Source: a virus
Direction: 5' to 3' (one strand)
DNA: 64,000 nucleotides
IMG/VR virus record: IMGVR_UViG_3300037419_001472
Span: 1 to 64,000 of that record
This document shows, one piece after another, positions 61,502 to 64,000 of the stretch (position 1 is its first letter; each line of letters begins with the position of its first letter). Both the position numbers and the translations under genes were made by a program. The notes under the pieces are model-generated. The model was not told the DNA's origin and did not search any database. It saw only the letters and a list, made by a program, of their open reading frames with translations.

Positions 61502-62410
61502 GTGACGATTCGCGCGACGATCATTGAGGATTCGATCAGCCCCGCTGGCGCCCGGCTGACGACGTTCGAACTGTGCTACCCCAGGGTCATCCACGCCGAG
61601 TTCATGACCCACCGGGTCTTCAGCCGCAATGCCAGCTCGAGCCGGGCCATTCCCTGGGCCCGGATGAAACAGTGGATCCTCGACGACCCCTATGTCCCGA
61701 TCCACTGGGGCAAGAACCAGAAGGGCATGCAAGCGACCGAGGAATTGACGGAGGATGAGCAGAAGGCGGCCCGCAAGTTGTGGCTCGAGGCCAGCTATGA
61801 TGCCGTTGGCCACGCCGACCGCCTCATGTCCCTCGGCATCCACAAGCAGATCGTCAACCGGCTGGTCGAGCCCTTCGGCCACATCAACGTCATCTGCACG
61901 GCGACAGACTTCGCCAACTTCTTCGCCCTGCGGATCCACAAGGCCGCGATGCCCGAGATCCAGTGCCTGACCGTCCGCATGGCCCGCGCCTACGCGGCGA
62001 GCGGGCCCGATCTGCGGCGAATGGATGCCGATGACCCCCATTGCTGGCACCTGCCCTACGTCTCGACGGCCGAGCGCGAGACGTTCTCGCTGAATAACCT
62101 CCTGGCCATGTCCTCAGCCCGCTGCGCCCGCGTCTCCTACCGGACGCACGAGGGCAAGGCCCCGACGCTCGAGGAAGACCTGAAGCTGTTCGAGCAGCTC
62201 GTCGGCGGTGAGCCGAAGCATGCGACGCCGACCGAGCACCAGGCCGTCCCGCTCGCGAGGGTCATCGGGGCCGGCATCGCCTCGAGCATGACCGGGAACC
62301 TCCGCGGCTGGTTCCAGCACCGCAAGCAGATCCAGGGCGAGGCGGCCCGGCCGGACTTCGACTGGCGGGCCCGGCTCGTCGAGTGGGACGGCGTCGATTA
62401 CGTCGTCTGA
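61502..62410 (+). CDS. thyX: ThyX-like flavin-dependent thymidylate synthase
   Basis: FMTHRVFSRNASSSRAIP corresponds to the ThyX RHRxxSxxxxSxR motif with R changed to T. 302 aa, longer than typical ThyX. GTG start. Confidence 0.6.
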   Translation: MTIRATIIEDSISPAGARLTTFELCYPRVIHAEFMTHRVFSRNASSSRAIPWARMKQWILDDPYVPIHWGKNQKGMQATEELTEDEQKAARKLWLEASYDAVGHADRLMSLGIHKQIVNRLVEPFGHINVICTATDFANFFALRIHKAAMPEIQCLTVRMARAYAASGPDLRRMDADDPHCWHLPYVSTAERETFSLNNLLAMSSARCARVSYRTHEGKAPTLEEDLKLFEQLVGGEPKHATPTEHQAVPLARVIGAGIASSMTGNLRGWFQHRKQIQGEAARPDFDWRARLVEWDGVDYVV

Positions 62411-62458
62411 CCGCGATCCATCCATCAACCTTTTCGACGCCGAAATGGAGAGAGCAGC

Positions 62459-64000
62459 ATGAGCATCGCCGACACCAACCGGCCCGCGGCGACCGCGACG
62501 GCCCCCGCCCGGGGGCTGACGATCCAACCCTATTTCTGCCCGCCGGACTGCAACCCCTACGCTCGGATCGGCTGGCGCACCGTGACGGCCCAGATCAAGG
62601 GGGATGACGGCCGGTTGATCTTCGAGCAGCCCAGCGTCGAGGTTCCCGAGGACTGGTCCGACCGGGCCGCCAACATCGTCGCCAGCAAGTATTTTTATGG
62701 CGACCTGTCGAAGGGATTCGACCCCACCCAGGGAGGGCGCGAGCATTCCGTGAGTCAACTCATCGGCCGGGTCTGCAACACGATCGCACACTGGGGCAAA
62801 GTGGATGGATACTTCGCCACGGCCGCGGATGCAGTCCAGTACCGGGAGGAGTTGGCGGCGCTGTGCCTCGGCCAGTATGGCGCATTCAACTCGCCGGTCT
62901 GGTTCAATGTCGGCCTGAGCCAGGAATACCACCTCAAGGGAGCAGCGAATAACTGGCGCTGGCATAAGGGGGAGGGACGGGCGGTCCCGTGCCTGGATGC
63001 CTACGAGTACCCCCAGGGCTCGGCCTGTTTCATCCAGAGCGTCGCGGATGACATGGGATCGATCATGGATCTGGCCCGTTCCGAGGCCATGCTGTTCAAG
63101 TATGGCTCGGGCACCGGGACTGACCTGTCGACGCTCCGCAGCACCAAGGAAAAGCTCCAGGGGGGTGGCAAGCCGAGCGGCCCGGTCAGCTTCATGCGGG
63201 TCTACGATGCGATTGCCGGCGTCGTCAAGTCGGGCGGGAAGTGCCTCGCCCCGGACCAGCCGATCCTGACCGATCGGGGAGTGAAGCCGGTCGGCGACCT
63301 GGCCGACCTCGAAGGCGGGTTCGTCGTGCTGTCCTACTCGCGCCGGCTCGGCCGGGTCGCGGCGAAGCGGGCGCATGCCTGGTGTTCCGGGGTCAAGCCG
63401 GTCATCTCCGTCATCACGGACAAGGGCGAATTCCGGGTTTCTCACGATCACCCGATGATGCTGAAGGATGGCATCTGGAAGCGGGCCGCCGACCTGAAGC
63501 CCGGCATGAGCCTGATGCAGGTCAGCACGGATCGCCACAAGGATGGCTATGTCCGCGTCGGACTCCAGGACGGCATGAAGGGGAAGGCCCTGTTCCATCA
63601 GCTCGTTGCCAAGGACATCCTCCGCTGGGATCTCCAGGGCAAGATCGTCCATCACGAGAACAAGGACAAGGGCGACAACCGGCCGGAAAACCTGCGGCTG
63701 AAGACCCAGGCCGAGCATGCCGCCGATCACGGGCGAGGCCGGGCGTTCTACACCGATGGGCATCCTGGCGAGCGGAACGGTATGCATGCCTCATCCGCGT
63801 TCTGGTCGGACTCCGAGCGGTCCAGCGAGTACCGCCTCAAGCAATCCGCGGTCCTGAAGCGGCGCAACCCAGCCATGCTCCAGAAGGCAGCAGTCCGCAA
63901 GCGGATGCTCAACCTCGGATATTCGCTCATCAACGCGGGGCATGACCTCTCGACGTTCGCCGGTTACGTCCTCGCCCGCAAGGCCGAGGGCCGACGCTGC
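62459..64000 (+). CDS. nrdJ: class II (B12-dependent) ribonucleotide reductase NrdJ, interrupted by an intein; partial (runs off window)
   Basis: Self-translated because the frame is open to the window end and absent from the track. Motifs: VEVPEDWSDRAANIVASKYF, NSPVWFNVG, GSACFIQSV, FKYGSGTGTDLSTLRS, GGGKPSGPVSFMRVYDAIAGVVKSGGK, then Cys. Confidence 0.85.
   Translation, partial: MSIADTNRPAATATAPARGLTIQPYFCPPDCNPYARIGWRTVTAQIKGDDGRLIFEQPSVEVPEDWSDRAANIVASKYFYGDLSKGFDPTQGGREHSVSQLIGRVCNTIAHWGKVDGYFATAADAVQYREELAALCLGQYGAFNSPVWFNVGLSQEYHLKGAANNWRWHKGEGRAVPCLDAYEYPQGSACFIQSVADDMGSIMDLARSEAMLFKYGSGTGTDLSTLRSTKEKLQGGGKPSGPVSFMRVYDAIAGVVKSGGKCLAPDQPILTDRGVKPVGDLADLEGGFVVLSYSRRLGRVAAKRAHAWCSGVKPVISVITDKGEFRVSHDHPMMLKDGIWKRAADLKPGMSLMQVSTDRHKDGYVRVGLQDGMKGKALFHQLVAKDILRWDLQGKIVHHENKDKGDNRPENLRLKTQAEHAADHGRGRAFYTDGHPGERNGMHASSAFWSDSERSSEYRLKQSAVLKRRNPAMLQKAAVRKRMLNLGYSLINAGHDLSTFAGYVLARKAEGRRC
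63242..64000 (+). mobile_element. intein with HNH homing-endonuclease domain inserted after KSGGK of NrdJ (C-terminal end beyond window)
   Basis: Block A CLAPDQPILTDRG, block B-like FRVSHDHPMML, and HNH motif IVHHENKDKGDNRPENLRLKTQAEH. The expected extein continuation TRR.. is absent at the junction. Confidence 0.8.

Noticed and set aside
62114-63787. 557-aa minus-strand ORF, the longest in that region
   Set aside because: It is antisense to the clearly recognisable NrdJ/intein frame. Its composition is Arg/Gly/Pro/Asp-rich with no motifs, which is the typical GC-rich shadow ORF.
63241-63945. 234-aa plus-strand ORF in the track within the intein region
   Set aside because: It is in a different frame from the continuous NrdJ-intein reading frame and has Arg/Pro/Gly-rich junk composition.

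Overview
High-GC (roughly mid-60s %) DNA that reads as one large tailed-phage or prophage genome segment. All calls come from reading the ORF translations and the DNA; no database search was run. No obvious host housekeeping genes are present, and no integrase, rRNA or CRISPR array was seen.

Layout:
- 1-17.1 kb, all minus strand: early and DNA-metabolism operons. These include NADAR, a minimal TGT-fold protein, QueE, DUF1643, a double CI-type HTH protein, an SPPF DNA methyltransferase, an SNF2 helicase with a SWIM protein, two tRNA-like elements, a DnaN clamp, DUF932, an XRE regulator with an (MKT)x8 repeat, and an SMC/Rad50-like ATPase.
- 17.3-48.4 kb, plus strand: a block with a papain-like peptidase, a CAP-domain protein and membrane proteins (possible lysis block), then ParB plus a GT-A glycosyltransferase, TerS/TerL, portal, protease/scaffold, decoration-like protein, lambda-E-like capsid protein, and tail and fibre genes.
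- 48.4-51.2 kb: moron island with a 525-aa prepilin-type protein, terminators and a small gene.
- 51.2-64 kb: divergent cI-like/cro-like switch, then a Rad52-type annealase, a replisome organizer carrying an internal iteron origin, DnaB, DUF5131, ASCH, DUF4326, RusA, ThyX-like, and a class II RNR (NrdJ) interrupted by an HNH intein that runs off the window.

One promoter/operator motif family (ATCCCG-N3-CGGGAT fused to TTGA -35 boxes) recurs in both the left and right arms. This argues for a single element larger than 64 kb.

Most interesting candidates: the guanine-centred modification / counter-defence operon at the left end, the ParB-glycosyltransferase pair, the phage-borne giant pseudopilin, the ori inside the replication gene, the NrdJ intein, the 9-bp ATG-containing tandem repeat, and the aberrant tRNA-like genes.

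Many long antisense and alternate-frame ORFs in the track are GC artefacts and were rejected.
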